Positions 48,642-60,231 of a stretch of 64,000 nt of DNA are shown one piece after another. This DNA is from Carpediemonas membranifera BICM. Taxonomy: Eukaryota > Protista > Fornicata. Location: NCBI GenBank assembly GCA_019828565.1, contig JAHDYR010000005.1, positions 124,001 through 188,000 on the forward strand, in the 5' to 3' direction. Below the pieces are notes generated by a model that saw nothing but the letters and a program-made list of their open reading frames with translations, was not told the origin of the DNA and did not search any database. Each line of letters begins with the position of its first letter. The first letter of the stretch is position 1. The position numbers and the translations under genes are program-made.

Positions 48642-49940
48642 AGAAGAGACAATGGCTATTTCTGGAATCCAATGGACAGCTGGTGGCAGTATTGATGTTG
48701 CTTATGCAATTAAAGTTCCTATCGTTTCTTCTAGCTCGTTCCTTGTGTGGTTTCGTGGTTCCTTTGCCTCGTTTGATGTTGTTGTTGAGTATCATGGGCC
48801 ATAGCGGCCGTCAGACGCTATTGATGTGTTATTATGCAAGCTTATATCCTCACTAAAGCTCTATAGCTCATTGGCACTGAGAAAATAGTGGGAAGTCGGT
48901 TCCCACTATTGGTGCACTTTATGGCTCGATCTCAATCCGCTGGTCTCCGACAGGCAATCGGTCTGCCCCGCCGCTCTCTCCATGGCACTCTCCCCCGTGC
49001 GCCACCCCTGATCACTACGTCTGGACCACTATTCTTCCACGGCGTTCTCTCCCTGGCGTTCTCATAGGCAATCTTCTTCTTGCCTTCCTGATGTTGATAT
49101 TAATTGTTTCTGTGTACACAAGCTTGCTAATGTCATTATAAGCTTCACGTAGTACTAAATCGTCTTGTATTCCCGGTATTATCGTCCATATGGCTGAGCA
49201 TGAATAATGATGTTGATTACAAAGGAGGGAGAAGCTGGTAGTGGCTCTAGAGCAGACAACGTTAAATGTGCAGCACGCATAGAACAACAATCCCCTGAAT
49301 ATTACTGTAACTGATCATTCCACGGATTTCGTTTGCGACAGCGATCGCAAAATTGTGCACTTTACGGCCGACTGCCTGGGAAGGTATCGACTCGAAAGGA
49401 TAGGGGCGTCTCTGTCTACCTCACAGATGAATAAATGAATGTATATATGCCTGTCTGGGCATCAGCGCTGTCGTTCAGGCCAATCCACGTTTGTGGATCC
49501 GTGCAGTTTATGGTTTCTCGGCCTCCATGCTACAGCCCTGCCTCACCATCGGTATCCACGTGTACTTCGGCAAGAACAGCTTCACCCAGGGCGAGGATAA
49601 CGTCCGCCAGGGTCAGCGCCGCTCCGTCATCGGCATGTCCGCCTGGTACGTCGAAGAGCAGGGCCACCTTAAGACCGTCAACCGTCCCGTCGAGACCATC
49701 GCCCGCTTGGTGAGTAAGCGCTACACTACCGCTTCACCAGCCCTCCAAGGCAGCGTTCTGGACCTGCGTCATCTCCGGCGAACTGGAATGATCCAAAGTA
49801 ACGGTAGTGTTCTTTCTGGCAGCTAATTGTGCATAAGCGAATGCTTTGTGGTCATTTAACAACAATATGGGGTCAGCTGCGCCAATTCGATGGCTTAGTC
49901 AGTGTTTGAGTCATTCCCACGACATATTTACTTCGTTCAT

Positions 49941-50492
49941 TTACTTCTGATGCTTTTCCTGCTCTCTCTTCTCCATCACGTCGTCATACTCGGCCCTCGT
50001 CAGCCTCACAGTTGTCATTCCGGCATCACGGATGTGCTGAAAGGCCTCATCGGGCAGCTTCGGCATCCCGTCCTCGCTGTCGCTGCTGCTGCCCAAGTCT
50101 GACTCGCTCTCGTGATAGCGGCGAAGGCGAATGCGTCTGCTGGGCACCCTGGTCTTCATTGAGTCATAGAGCGGAGCGAGCCCACTTCCATTGGCCCCGC
50201 TACGGACACCCTCATCGGTATCTCTCTCAGACATATCACACTCAACCTGTTGTGACTGAAGAAATGACAGGTTGTCGACGAGGCTATCCTCGGCATCGCT
50301 GTCTGAACTCTCCTCATCCTCCCACTCTCCTTCCAGCATCTCCAACCCGGCCTCATCGTCAAACTCGCCCTCCACTGCGGTCTCCGGCATCTCTGCCTCG
50401 CCAGCTGTCTCGTCAAACAGCGCCTCATCGTCAGACTCACCCTCCCCCGTGTCGCCCCCCTCGGGCTTACGCTGGTCGTGGAGCTGGACCAT
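49941..50492 (-). CDS. Acidic, low-complexity protein of unknown function (copy 1 of 3)
   Basis: About 183 aa, D/E-rich; near-identical open copies at 58228-58785 and 62068-62625. Confidence 0.6.
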   Translation of the reverse strand: MVQLHDQRKPEGGDTGEGESDDEALFDETAGEAEMPETAVEGEFDDEAGLEMLEGEWEDEESSDSDAEDSLVDNLSFLQSQQVECDMSERDTDEGVRSGANGSGLAPLYDSMKTRVPSRRIRLRRYHESESDLGSSSDSEDGMPKLPDEAFQHIRDAGMTTVRLTRAEYDDVMEKREQEKHQK

Positions 50493-50897
50493 CCTAATCC
50501 TGAGCTTGTTGTAAAGCCAGTTATCGAGCGTCGGCGGCACCAGGTCGGCAGAGCTTCGGATCTCCGGGTTGAGATCGAGGATCGTTGGGCGCCGCGTGGT
50601 GCACTTTATGGCTCGCAACGAGATTGAATGACGAACTCCGTCATCCGTGTCATTGCAAAAAGGTGATTAGCGTCAGTGACTACATTTATCTCCAACTCAT
50701 CTACAAATGCAAATATCGAGTGTCTCCACCATCATCTCTGCAATCTCTGCAAAGACTGCCATGAGAACTACTCTGCAATTGCGGGAATCAAACTGAGTAA
50801 AACTGACTTGTGCTTGTGTTTTGGCGTGTCTTCGGTTGGGCTGTTGACTGACAGTGTTTATCGGCTGCTACAGGTTTCTCTCTATTTACAGATCTAT

Positions 50898-51128
50898 TCA
50901 CATCGAAAACTCGTTGTAATTTGCTATGTAGTATGAACAAAATGTCTTGATCCTTGCCGTGCAGCGCTTCATCTGCTCTAATTCACCATCAATGCGAGAA
51001 TCAATGAAGTGCGCTCGTTGAATCCCATAAACAACGTCTAGCTCCAATTCTATCCCTTCAATCGTTAATGCTATACGTTTCGCCGGCGATACCGGCGTCG
51101 CTCGTGTGTTTTCTTCATCGGGCGTCAT
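50898..51128 (-). CDS. Small hypothetical protein
   Basis: 76-aa ATG ORF starting 8 nt downstream of a CATAAACTGCGC motif. Confidence 0.3.
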   Translation of the reverse strand: MTPDEENTRATPVSPAKRIALTIEGIELELDVVYGIQRAHFIDSRIDGELEQMKRCTARIKTFCSYYIANYNEFSM

Positions 51129-52075
51129 CTGAAATGCGCAGTTTATGCGGAGCCTGGTTGGCTGTATAAAAGAGGTCCAGATGTGTATCTATCCCTGTAT
51201 TGACTATCGTGCGTGGAAGAGCGGCGAGCTTCTGGAATCAACGGGGCGAATCTGCCCTGTGTATTCCGGCAGCGCACGGCCCTGCCACACACGTCCTAAC
51301 TCGTCATTAAGGTCGTTAGTGACCCTACAAACACTCATACGCGCATCATCCTACCTTTCATTAACGAGATTGGCTCTCGCGCCGCCCCAAATGGCCGTAT
51401 GAAGTTTCAGATGTCTGAGCGAGCGATACTGAGTAAAAGCCGACTTGATATTGATTAGTTGTGGGAAAAGAGGCTTATGCCATCTAGAATGAGCGAAAGC
51501 ATGCTCAGATGGGCAAATATCTCGAATGCTGTCTTGCTATGAGCTCTATCACAGTCATTTCTGGATATCTCCGACATTGCTTCCGTCATTACCATTTTTT
51601 TTCATGCAGGCGGCGTGACCTTAAACTGAACAATAACAATAACTCCCCCAATTGGAAGAGTTCACACCTGAAACCATTATGCCTGAGGTTTCAGCCAAGG
51701 GCGAGTACATTGCCGTCTTTTTAATTCCAATAACTTTAACTTTTTCTTCGCGTTGACCGCCCAAGAATGTTCTCCTTACACGACGGTCTGGGCATCATCG
51801 TGTAGTAATACTTGTGTTTACTCGGCCTCTTGGTTTTTAGTTGCAGCGTAGAAAAATTCCCTGAGCTGTGCGCTCATCAATAACGCCACTCGACTCGGCC
51901 CGAGTCTTTTGCTAAAAATCTCGAGATCTGTTCTGTCCCCTTCGCAGATTTTTGTTGGATCACAAGCACTACTGGTGTAGATCAGATCCTGCAAAAAACT
52001 GCGAAGGGGACAGAGCCAAAGTGGTCGAACTTGAAAAAAATGGCTCTCGTCGTCAAGAAGAAGTCACCCATACTC

Positions 52076-53441
52076 ATGTGTTCCGGTAGCACGCAGCCGA
52101 GAAACGACTGCATCCCGGGAAGAAACGATCAGAAACATCTTCTGGTATGTTTGAAACAGGGCTCGGCTCAGCGCATTCTACCTTTTACCACAGCACTTGA
52201 CGTGGACAGAGAGAATGCTACACGGAAACTAGTATCGTTTCGTGCTGGGGCTTCCTGATCTTTTCAGTGCAATTATATTCAACGAATCAACTTAGGACCA
52301 ACGGACATGGGCGATCAGCAGCAACAAATGCTCATGGGTATAGATCGCCTGGGAAGTTATGAAGAGTACGCCTTTAAATGTTCCATTTATGAGCCAACTC
52401 ACGCAAAGGGTAAGGAGTGGGTTGGGTGGGGTGCTTAGTAGTCAACGGCCGAATAGCCCTGCCTCACGCAGAACGAGATGTCCTGTTGGGCGGTGTGGTT
52501 GTAGGAGTGGATGGTGCGGGCCATGTCCAGGATGAAGGGTCCGGCGATGGCGGCGCGGATGTACGCCTTCTTGGGCGGGCGGGGACCAGAAGCAGCCTTG
52601 AGTGTTTTGTGAAGGGTCGCTGCGACTGTGTCCAAGTTCGCTCCGCCGACGCCGAGATTGAGAATCACGGCGTCCACGTCATACAGGCGTGCTTTCCACT
52701 GAGACTGCTTGTGATAGTCTCTGTTGCTCATCAAGATGCACGTAGGTGCAGCCTCGCCAGTAGCCTTGCAGTGTTCGAGCGTGCCGCAGATCTTGAGGAC
52801 TGTGGGCTGCTGTCGATCGCCTTTCGGTATGAGATCATCGGCTATGTTGTGCCTCGCGCCTTCCGGGAGGCTGGCTCCCGGCTTCAGGTCCTGGTCGCCC
52901 AAGGTGAACTCTCCTGGGAGCGCCGCCGAGCATTTGGAGGCTATCTTGATGACTTCACCCTGGATGGCGCCGCATACCAGCTGGCTGCAGTTCGAGTGAA
53001 CCCCAGTCCACCGTCACGCACCTTCAGGAACATCTTATCTGTGAGTTGAATCAACCGAAGGAAAATATCGAACACTGGTTGACATCACCATCACGTGCTA
53101 AATTGGAGGACGTTGCTGAGCTACGTGCTCCTGGAACCGATGGGGCATTGTGCGCCCCATGTGTTCCGGTAGCACGCAGCCGAGAAACGACTGCATCCCG
53201 GGAAGAAACGATCAGAAACATCTTCTGGTATGTTTGAAACAGGGCTCGGCTCAGCGCATTCTACCTTTTACCACAGCACTTGACGTGGACAGAGAGAATG
53301 CTACACGGAAACTAGTATCGTTTCGTGCTGGGGCTTCCTGATCTTTTCAGTGCAATTATATTCAACGAAACAACTTAGGACCAACGGACATGGGCGATCA
53401 GCAGCAACAAATGCTCATGGGTATAGATCGCCTGGGAAGTT
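52076..53441 (+). repeat. About 1.26 further copies of the 1,084-bp unit
   Basis: Same sequence with a few substitutions; ends at a CATACTGTC junction. Confidence 0.95.
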
Positions 53442-53628
53442 CATACTGTCAATTCCTTGACTTCAAGTCAAGTTTTTGTGACTTAAAGTCAAGGCCAAAA
53501 CTTGACTTTAAGTCAAGACGTTTGAATTAATCAGAGGAACCAGGCTCTGTCAGTAAATAAGAATGGTATGGCTGGGTAGCAGTACTAGTTCTCTATTCAC
53601 TGCATTGATGGCTAACTGTGGGCTAAGC

Positions 53629-54015
53629 TGTGACCTGAGTATGGGTGACTTCTTCTTGACGACGAGAGCCATTTTTTTCAAGTTCGACCACTTTGGCTCT
53701 GTCCCCTTCTGTAGACCTTCGGGTCGATTAGTTTTATCCAATTTTGTGTCCCGGGTCAAACCCTATAAATCCTCTCTCTCCTCTCATCGCTACAGTAATT
53801 ACTGGTACCTAGTAAGATGAATCAGCTCCAGTCAATTGACCTGTTTATGGCCCCCTTCCTCACCAAGACTACTCAGAAAGAGTGGGAGGAATTCCGCGAG
53901 AACTATTACGCGTACCGTGCCAAAGGCGGTGCTATTCCTATTAAGCACTTGATTGGCCGTACGGTATGGCAAATCTTCGCTCTCCGTGACCCCGCTCTCA
54001 AAGAATCCCTTCCTG
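53629..54015 (+). mobile_element. Second copy of the truncated third Gypsy family (candidate LTR 53629-53794, gag start 53817)
   Basis: TG...CA, then GTAATTACTG and the same gag N-terminus; part of this LTR is also inverted at ~52005-52076. Confidence 0.7.
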
Positions 54016-55092
54016 CATACTGTGAAAGTCGGTAGATAATCTACGATTTTTTCTAGATAATCTAGGGCCTAAAAACCCTAGATTATCTATGGTTGCAAGA
54101 AAAAATGAACTCGACGATGAGCCGGAGCTGGATCTTCAAAGTGGTATGGTAGTACTTGGCTATACCTAAGCAATACGCATGCGCAGTATCAAACTTTAAA
54201 TCCTGCTAGAAAAAAGTAACATAGGGACAAATTGGAATTGAGAGTTGAGACTCAAAAAACGGGCAGGGGGGAGGAAATGGTCCATAGGTACGCCTTATGG
54301 GTCGCTTCCTCCCCTCTGCCCCTTTTTTAATCGCAAAATCGATTTGCCGGATTTGACACACGTTTGATGTGATCAAAATGGATTTGATAGACATGGGTCC
54401 AGATCATGCAGTTGGCCATCCTGAAGCGCTAGGGCGGCCTGCAGACCGCAGCAATGCCTCTGCTGAATGCCCTTCATGCCTGACGGACAGGACGCGCGTT
54501 GACTATAAAGGACTGCATGTTTCGGCATCAGAAGAAGGTGTGGAATACAACGGAGTCATCACCGAACCGCTCCGACCAAGTCGGTTATTAGGACATCGCG
54601 TTCAGACGCCCTCTGCAATTACCAAGTCAATAGATGGGAGTCGACCTGATCAGCACGTCATTTGGGGCCTCAGGTGACACTATAGCTGAGTTTGGCTGGG
54701 CGCTGCTGCGGCCATGGGCCGCTAGCGCGCTGATTGGCTCGTTTCTCCTCGTATAGCTGCCGTAGAGGTCTGATCTGAGCCTCGTTATAATAGTCTGCCC
54801 GAGTAGAGTCCAGCCATACCATAAATGTCCCCCAATCTCCCCCTCCCGGTCGCTCATACCTCCAAAATGGCCTATATTCCCTGTAGGGAGATTAATAAGG
54901 GCGGATTTCCCATAAGTCGTGGCATAGAGGGAAGAGACTTTGTACACAGCCTCCTGATCGTGGGTTCAATTTTCACCGGGAGCAATATGCTCTTTTTGGC
55001 AGACAACGCCGCTCCGAGCTCTATCGCGCCCAGCGGTGCCTGCAGCGGCCAGAACAGAGCTAGAATTCGGGTGATTTTTAATCTCGATCGAA

Positions 55093-55751
55093 ATGCTGCT
55101 GAAGCACGCTCTAGAGGAACTGAAGCGCTCTACGAAGGAGCAATACAAGCAGACATATCAAAAACTGTGCGTTTACCTTGAGTGCGACGATGAGGATGCT
55201 GATGTTGTTATTTGCACAGAGATCCGACAAAATAGTGACGTATTCGAACAGTTTCTGGACTCTCTGTCCTTCTGTTGCCGTTTTGGACGGTACAAGTCCA
55301 TCTCGATGCCTCAACAGGCTCTCGTTCGCCTTCTTCGCACTGCTGGTGCCGAAACCGACCTAATTTGCAGGATAAGGACTCACACGCTTCCGGCACGCCA
55401 GGTGCTGACTGAGGAAGAGTACGACAAGCTCACGGGTGCTCTGAAGTACGACATTGCCGAGTCCCACCGTCAGCTCGCCCTAGTCGTTGCTCTCTGCCGG
55501 CTGGGATCGTATGTCGCAGACCTACGTGACTTAGACCCGCGCTACAGGAGTTGATGCAAGAGGCTGTCGTGGATCACCCTGCCTTTGAGACCCTTATCTG
55601 GATGTCCAAGGACCTTGATTCGCTCTGGGGTAGTCCCCCCATGACAGTCAGGCACGCGAACCGTATCCTGCACGAAGCGGGGATGCAGAGTCTGAAAAGA
55701 CCCATCTCCCTGTCCGATCTGGATACCCCTGACGACAGATGGAATGACTGA
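55093..55751 (+). pseudogene. Degenerate tyrosine-recombinase-like ORF (frameshift ~55545; catalytic residues not conserved)
   Basis: STKEQY, LTEEEYDKL, RQLALVVALCRLGSYVADLRDL (box I-like, R replaced by Y), MTVRHANRIL..RPISLSDL (box II-like, no HxxR). Confidence 0.35.
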
Positions 55752-55783
55752 AGCTGTAAACATATCCATTGACTCTGAATCTT

Positions 55784-56714
55784 TTATTTCTCCATCTGCG
55801 AGTTAAGCCAGGCCACTGCCTTTCCCGTCAAATATACCTTACGTGTGTCGTGCGCCTTCTTTGTTGCTCTTGCGGCTGAAGCATCAACAGTGGCCTGCTT
55901 CAACAAATCTCGGCAGCTAGACTTCGGCGTCTTGGTGCCACGTCGCGTGCAGGCCCACTCTCTATCGTCCACGGACCCACCGCACACAACGCATGACCCT
56001 GCTAATACGATCGGTGGCTTTCTCCTTCAGCTTCTGTCGAAGCAGATCGCACATCGCGGTCTTGACGACGCGTCGAGATAATTCATCCGTGCGCAGGGTA
56101 CTAACAGGCTCAACCAAGAGCTCTGTCTGAGTAGACGCCTCCTCTAGGTCTCGCACAGTCTGAGTCTCTGCATGCTCACCCTGTGGCGAAAACTGCTGGC
56201 ATTTTCCCACCATCCTCGGCTTATCAGGATCAGGACCCAGCGCAGTCATGTAAACAGGTACCTCAACCCGCTTCTCGACTATCTTGACAGGCTGGGAGCC
56301 CCTGCGGGAAGGGGCTTGCGGGTGAACTCGCGTCCTGGTCGGCCCCCCGTTCGCCTCGTTGTGCAGAGCCTCCATGAAGGCATTGAAGCCGTCATCACGG
56401 CCCACCTTCTGCGTCACAAACGACATGACGCATGTGACCGACATCTCAAAGGATGCAAAATCGGCAGCACTGGAAACATCGCGATTGTGGCAGATTGAGT
56501 TTCGAGCTGCCAACAGCTCGCGTATATGTCTCTTATCAGCGTGGTGAAGATCAGGAACACGATGTAGGATCGCTTGCAAAAGCATAGCCGGATCCATCTC
56601 GCCACCGTCACCACGGTACCTCGCGATGTACTCCTGCAGCTTCGGAATCATCCTCAGTAGCGCTTCAAACATCATGCTGGCGTATCCTGCTGAATCCTTC
56701 GCCCCAGAGCTCAT
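55784..56714 (-). CDS. Swt1-like HEPN domain protein; probable Cys-rich C-terminus after a frameshift near 55985
   Basis: MDPAMLLQAI...IRELLAARNSICH (R-X4-H at 56487-56504). Confidence 0.72.
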
Positions 56715-56974
56715 ATCGGTTTCTTCAGAACGAAATTCTAAAGAAATGTTCGGTGGTAAGTGAGATCACTGCGCGTCTAGAGACAGCAGAAACGTAACCT
56801 ACAGCCCATATTGATGTGGGCTGGGCGTTGCTTCAACTGATAAATGCCACATTTCTCTGTTTACATGGTAAGGTAACACGTGAGTGCTTTGTACTGGCAT
56901 ACTTAAAGGCAAGGTAAGGTTGGCGGACGTAGTATCACCCGTGGCGCTTGACTATCACTCAATCAGACAGATAT

Positions 56975-57630
56975 TTATTTCTTCGTGGATACCTTGTCGA
57001 AGAACTGCAATGCCAAGGTCAACTTGCCTTCCTTCGTCATCTCTTTGTCGGTCAGCAGTGTCTCGAAGTCAGCGACAACGAGAGGCCGGCAAGCAAAGGG
57101 GTCAGCCCAATAGTCATCTTCGTAGGCGACCGAGAGGAACTCAAACGGACGAATGTCAACGCTTGCTTCATATACAATGACAGGCAAGACTGCATCCTCC
57201 ACACAAACATGGCACAGAAGAGCACTGACATTGTGGTACTAAATAATTGGGGGAGAGGCATGTTACAAACAGCAGAGTTGTCGTTCACCGTGTGGACTCC
57301 AAGCTTGCCCATCAGTGAAGACGCATCCATAGCGAACTTCGTCGTGCCAACGCGAGTGCAGTACGTGGGGTCATCCGGCTGGAAGTCGATCAGTCGGCCG
57401 CAGTACAGGCCGATGATGCTCTTCGCAGGGATTTCGGCACGAGACGCGATGCCCTTGCCAGCGGTGCCTCCATATAGCGTGCGCTGATCAGTCATGTACA
57501 GCTGTACGCTCTTGGAGACACCGTTGGCCGATATCGTGATGTCCCGGTCCAGGAACGAGCTACCCTCCTGCTTCCAGTCAATATCCTTCAAGTCTGCCGG
57601 TATTTTTGTCAAACAGCAGCTCATAGTCAT
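56975..57630 (-). CDS. SET-domain (lysine methyltransferase-like) protein, 2 exons (intron 57239-57270)
   Basis: GKGIASRAEIPAKSIIGLYCG, MDAS, VNDNSA|YHNV, ASVDIRPFEFLSVAYEDDYW; a 32-nt GTTTGT...TAG intron joins the two track ORFs in frame (207 aa). Confidence 0.82.
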
Positions 57631-58227
57631 GACGAGACATGCTAGAACCCTCCGAGGGGATTACGATCGTTTCTTCCGACATCGTTCTCAGAATTCGACC
57701 CGTTTATAAATCAATAATAAGCAAGCTAAGCTGCAGCTCAGGCACCCTCCATGCGCTCGTTCCCTGGCATCTTGGCCCGCGGCCTCTTCAGCGGCGTTTC
57801 GGCCCCTCTCGTAAATCGAGAGGTCTTCTTGATGTTGTTACTGTCTCTGTGCTCCCATTGCTTGCCAGTCTCATTGTAGTGTTAAGTTAGTGCCAAATGG
57901 TCTTTATTGCTGTTCGCTCGCATTAATACGGAAGAGAAAGAATGATGATGTTGATTAGCTTGCGGGGAAAGGCATTACCAAGCATTTGACGCGCACAACC
58001 TGCTTAATACTGCATAAAAGCATCGCTGATCGCTTTCTCTTCTGTTCTTCAACGCCCAAGGAGCGGCTTCCAGGTCGGCAACGGTTGCCGACCTGGACCC
58101 GTGCAGTTTATGCTTTTTCGGCCAACCGACGAAGTCAAGCTTGGCCAAGACACATACTGTGTACAAGGACCCTGGCAGGCTAGTTACGCCGCTCAGCCTC
58201 TGCATCCAGTTGATAATCACTCGCCAT

Positions 58228-58785
58228 TTACTTCTGGTGCTTTTCCTGCTCTCTCTTCTCCATCACGTCGTCATACTCGGCCCTCGTCAGCCTCACAGTT
58301 GTCATCCCGGCATCACGGATGTGCTCAAAGGCCTCAACGGGCAGCTTCGGCATCCCGTCCTCGCTGTCGCTGCTGCTGCCCAAGTCTGACTCGCTCTCGT
58401 GATAGCGGAAAAGGCGAATGCGTCTGCTGGGCTCCCTGGTCTTCATAGAGTCATAGAGCGGAGCGAGCCCACTTCCATTGGTCCCGCTACGGACACCCTC
58501 ATCGGTATCTCTCTCAGACATATCACACTCAACCTGTTGTGACTGAAGAAATGACAGGTTGTCGACGAGGCTATCCTCGGCATCGCTGTCTGAACTCTCC
58601 TCATCCTCCCACTCTCCTTCCAGCATCTCCAACCCGGCCTCATCGTCAAACTCGCCCTCCACTGCGGTCTCCGGCATCTCTGCCTCGCCAGCTGTCTCGT
58701 CAAACAGCGCCTCATCGTCAGACTCACCCTCCCCCGTGTCGCCCCCCTCGGGCTTACGCTGGTCGTGGAGCTGGACCATCCTCAT
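58228..58785 (-). CDS. Acidic protein of unknown function (copy 2)
   Basis: 185-aa ORF, near-identical to the other two copies. Confidence 0.6.
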   Translation of the reverse strand: MRMVQLHDQRKPEGGDTGEGESDDEALFDETAGEAEMPETAVEGEFDDEAGLEMLEGEWEDEESSDSDAEDSLVDNLSFLQSQQVECDMSERDTDEGVRSGTNGSGLAPLYDSMKTREPSRRIRLFRYHESESDLGSSSDSEDGMPKLPVEAFEHIRDAGMTTVRLTRAEYDDVMEKREQEKHQK

Positions 58786-59295
58786 CCTGAGCTTTTTGTA
58801 AAGCCACCAGGTCGGCAGAGCTTAAGGTAATCCTGGCGCCCTCATCCTGGCGCCTCATCCCTGGCGCCGTCATCCCTGGCGTCCTCTCCCTCATAAATCT
58901 GAATCATCTTCTTGTCTTGCTCCCGATGTTGTCATTGCTGTTTTCGTGTCCACAAGCATTCCAGTCTCATTATAATGTTTATTCAGTACCAAATCATCCT
59001 TTAGTGACGGGCATTCTCCTCTGCATTGCCGAGAAAAAGAGTTGATGTTGATTAGATGGTGACGAATGCATTACCGGACATTTGACGCGCACAACCTGCT
59101 TAATACTGCATAAAAGCATCGCTGATCGCTTTCTCTTCTGTTCTTCAACGCCCAAGGAGCGGCTTCCAGGTCGGCAACGGTTGCCGACCTGGACCCGTGC
59201 AGTTTATGCTTTTTCGGCCAACCGACGAAGTCAAGCTTGGCCAAGACACATACTGTGTACACGGACCCTGGCAGGCTAGTTACGCTGCTCAGACT

Positions 59296-60207
59296 ATGTC
59301 TAGAGACGTTCGGCTGGGCTCTGCACGGATGGAAATGAACACTATCACGTCAAGCACCCAACAGCAAGAGACAACGGCTTTTAAGGAAGCTTTTGAGCTC
59401 TTTATGGACAAGTACTCGCTATTCACAATCAGTAGGCTTAACGAGGGCGAGAATAACGGTAACACAGCCAAAATCAGGGCCGATGTCCGCAGCTCGTTCT
59501 TTTCCGCTTGGCTATGCACTCAGTGTGGCAGTAAGTGGATGATGGAGAGAACGAACAGCCTTCTTGTGTCGTTCTCGGGCTCTGTGGCAGTCGACATTCA
59601 GACGACAGTCTTCGCAGGTTTCGGTGCTGGTGATCCGTCGTCAATGTCGATCGACACCACCCTCGCACTGCTCAAAGACGTGCAGGACTTGGTTGTTTGG
59701 TGTGACATTGCTGCTAAGGTGAGGCGCATGAGACTACCGAGCGACAAGGTCAGGAAGGCGTGCATTACCATCGCACCGACGAGTGTGGCCAAGAGGGCTT
59801 ACGCAATCGTCAGCCATCCTACTGCTTTCACGGTCTGGTGGGAGCACTATGCCCTTCGCAAGATTTCTCCTGAAGTCTTCAAGGACTTTATTGACTGGGC
59901 CAACTTTACGAGCACAGCCGATCTCGTCACTGGAGAGGTGACTGCTGTTCAGCTCACTGACACTGTGATGCACTATGCCATAGACTCTATCTCCAAGTTT
60001 GAGTCCGGCTATCACCTCACCAAGTGGGAGGAGCCGTGGGTGACCAGAACTTGGCAGAAACCGTGCGAGGCGACTGCAGACGCCAAACAAAACAATCTGG
60101 TCGAAAACAAAACTACTCGCAGCTGGTATTGTCCGCAGCCTTCGCCTCAGGCTCGAAAGCTGTTGGAGCAGTTTACCCGTAGCTCCTTTACTCGGTTTGG
60201 TAAGTAA
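59296..60207 (+). CDS. Hypothetical protein (about 303 aa)
   Basis: Long intact ORF; ATG just outside the direct repeat; CTQC and WYCP motifs; no family recognised. Confidence 0.6.
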   Translation: MSRDVRLGSARMEMNTITSSTQQQETTAFKEAFELFMDKYSLFTISRLNEGENNGNTAKIRADVRSSFFSAWLCTQCGSKWMMERTNSLLVSFSGSVAVDIQTTVFAGFGAGDPSSMSIDTTLALLKDVQDLVVWCDIAAKVRRMRLPSDKVRKACITIAPTSVAKRAYAIVSHPTAFTVWWEHYALRKISPEVFKDFIDWANFTSTADLVTGEVTAVQLTDTVMHYAIDSISKFESGYHLTKWEEPWVTRTWQKPCEATADAKQNNLVENKTTRSWYCPQPSPQARKLLEQFTRSSFTRFGK

Positions 60208-60231
60208 CACTGATAAATCAATGGATATAGT

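Noticed and set aside
48154-48804. Four overlapping repetitive ORFs (ERARG/PGES/LSPG)
   Set aside because: Products of the C/T-rich minisatellite
47958-49310. Tc1/pogo-like element from TA|CAGTATT to TTACTG|TA
   Set aside because: The inverted match does not extend beyond ~7 bp and no transposase is present
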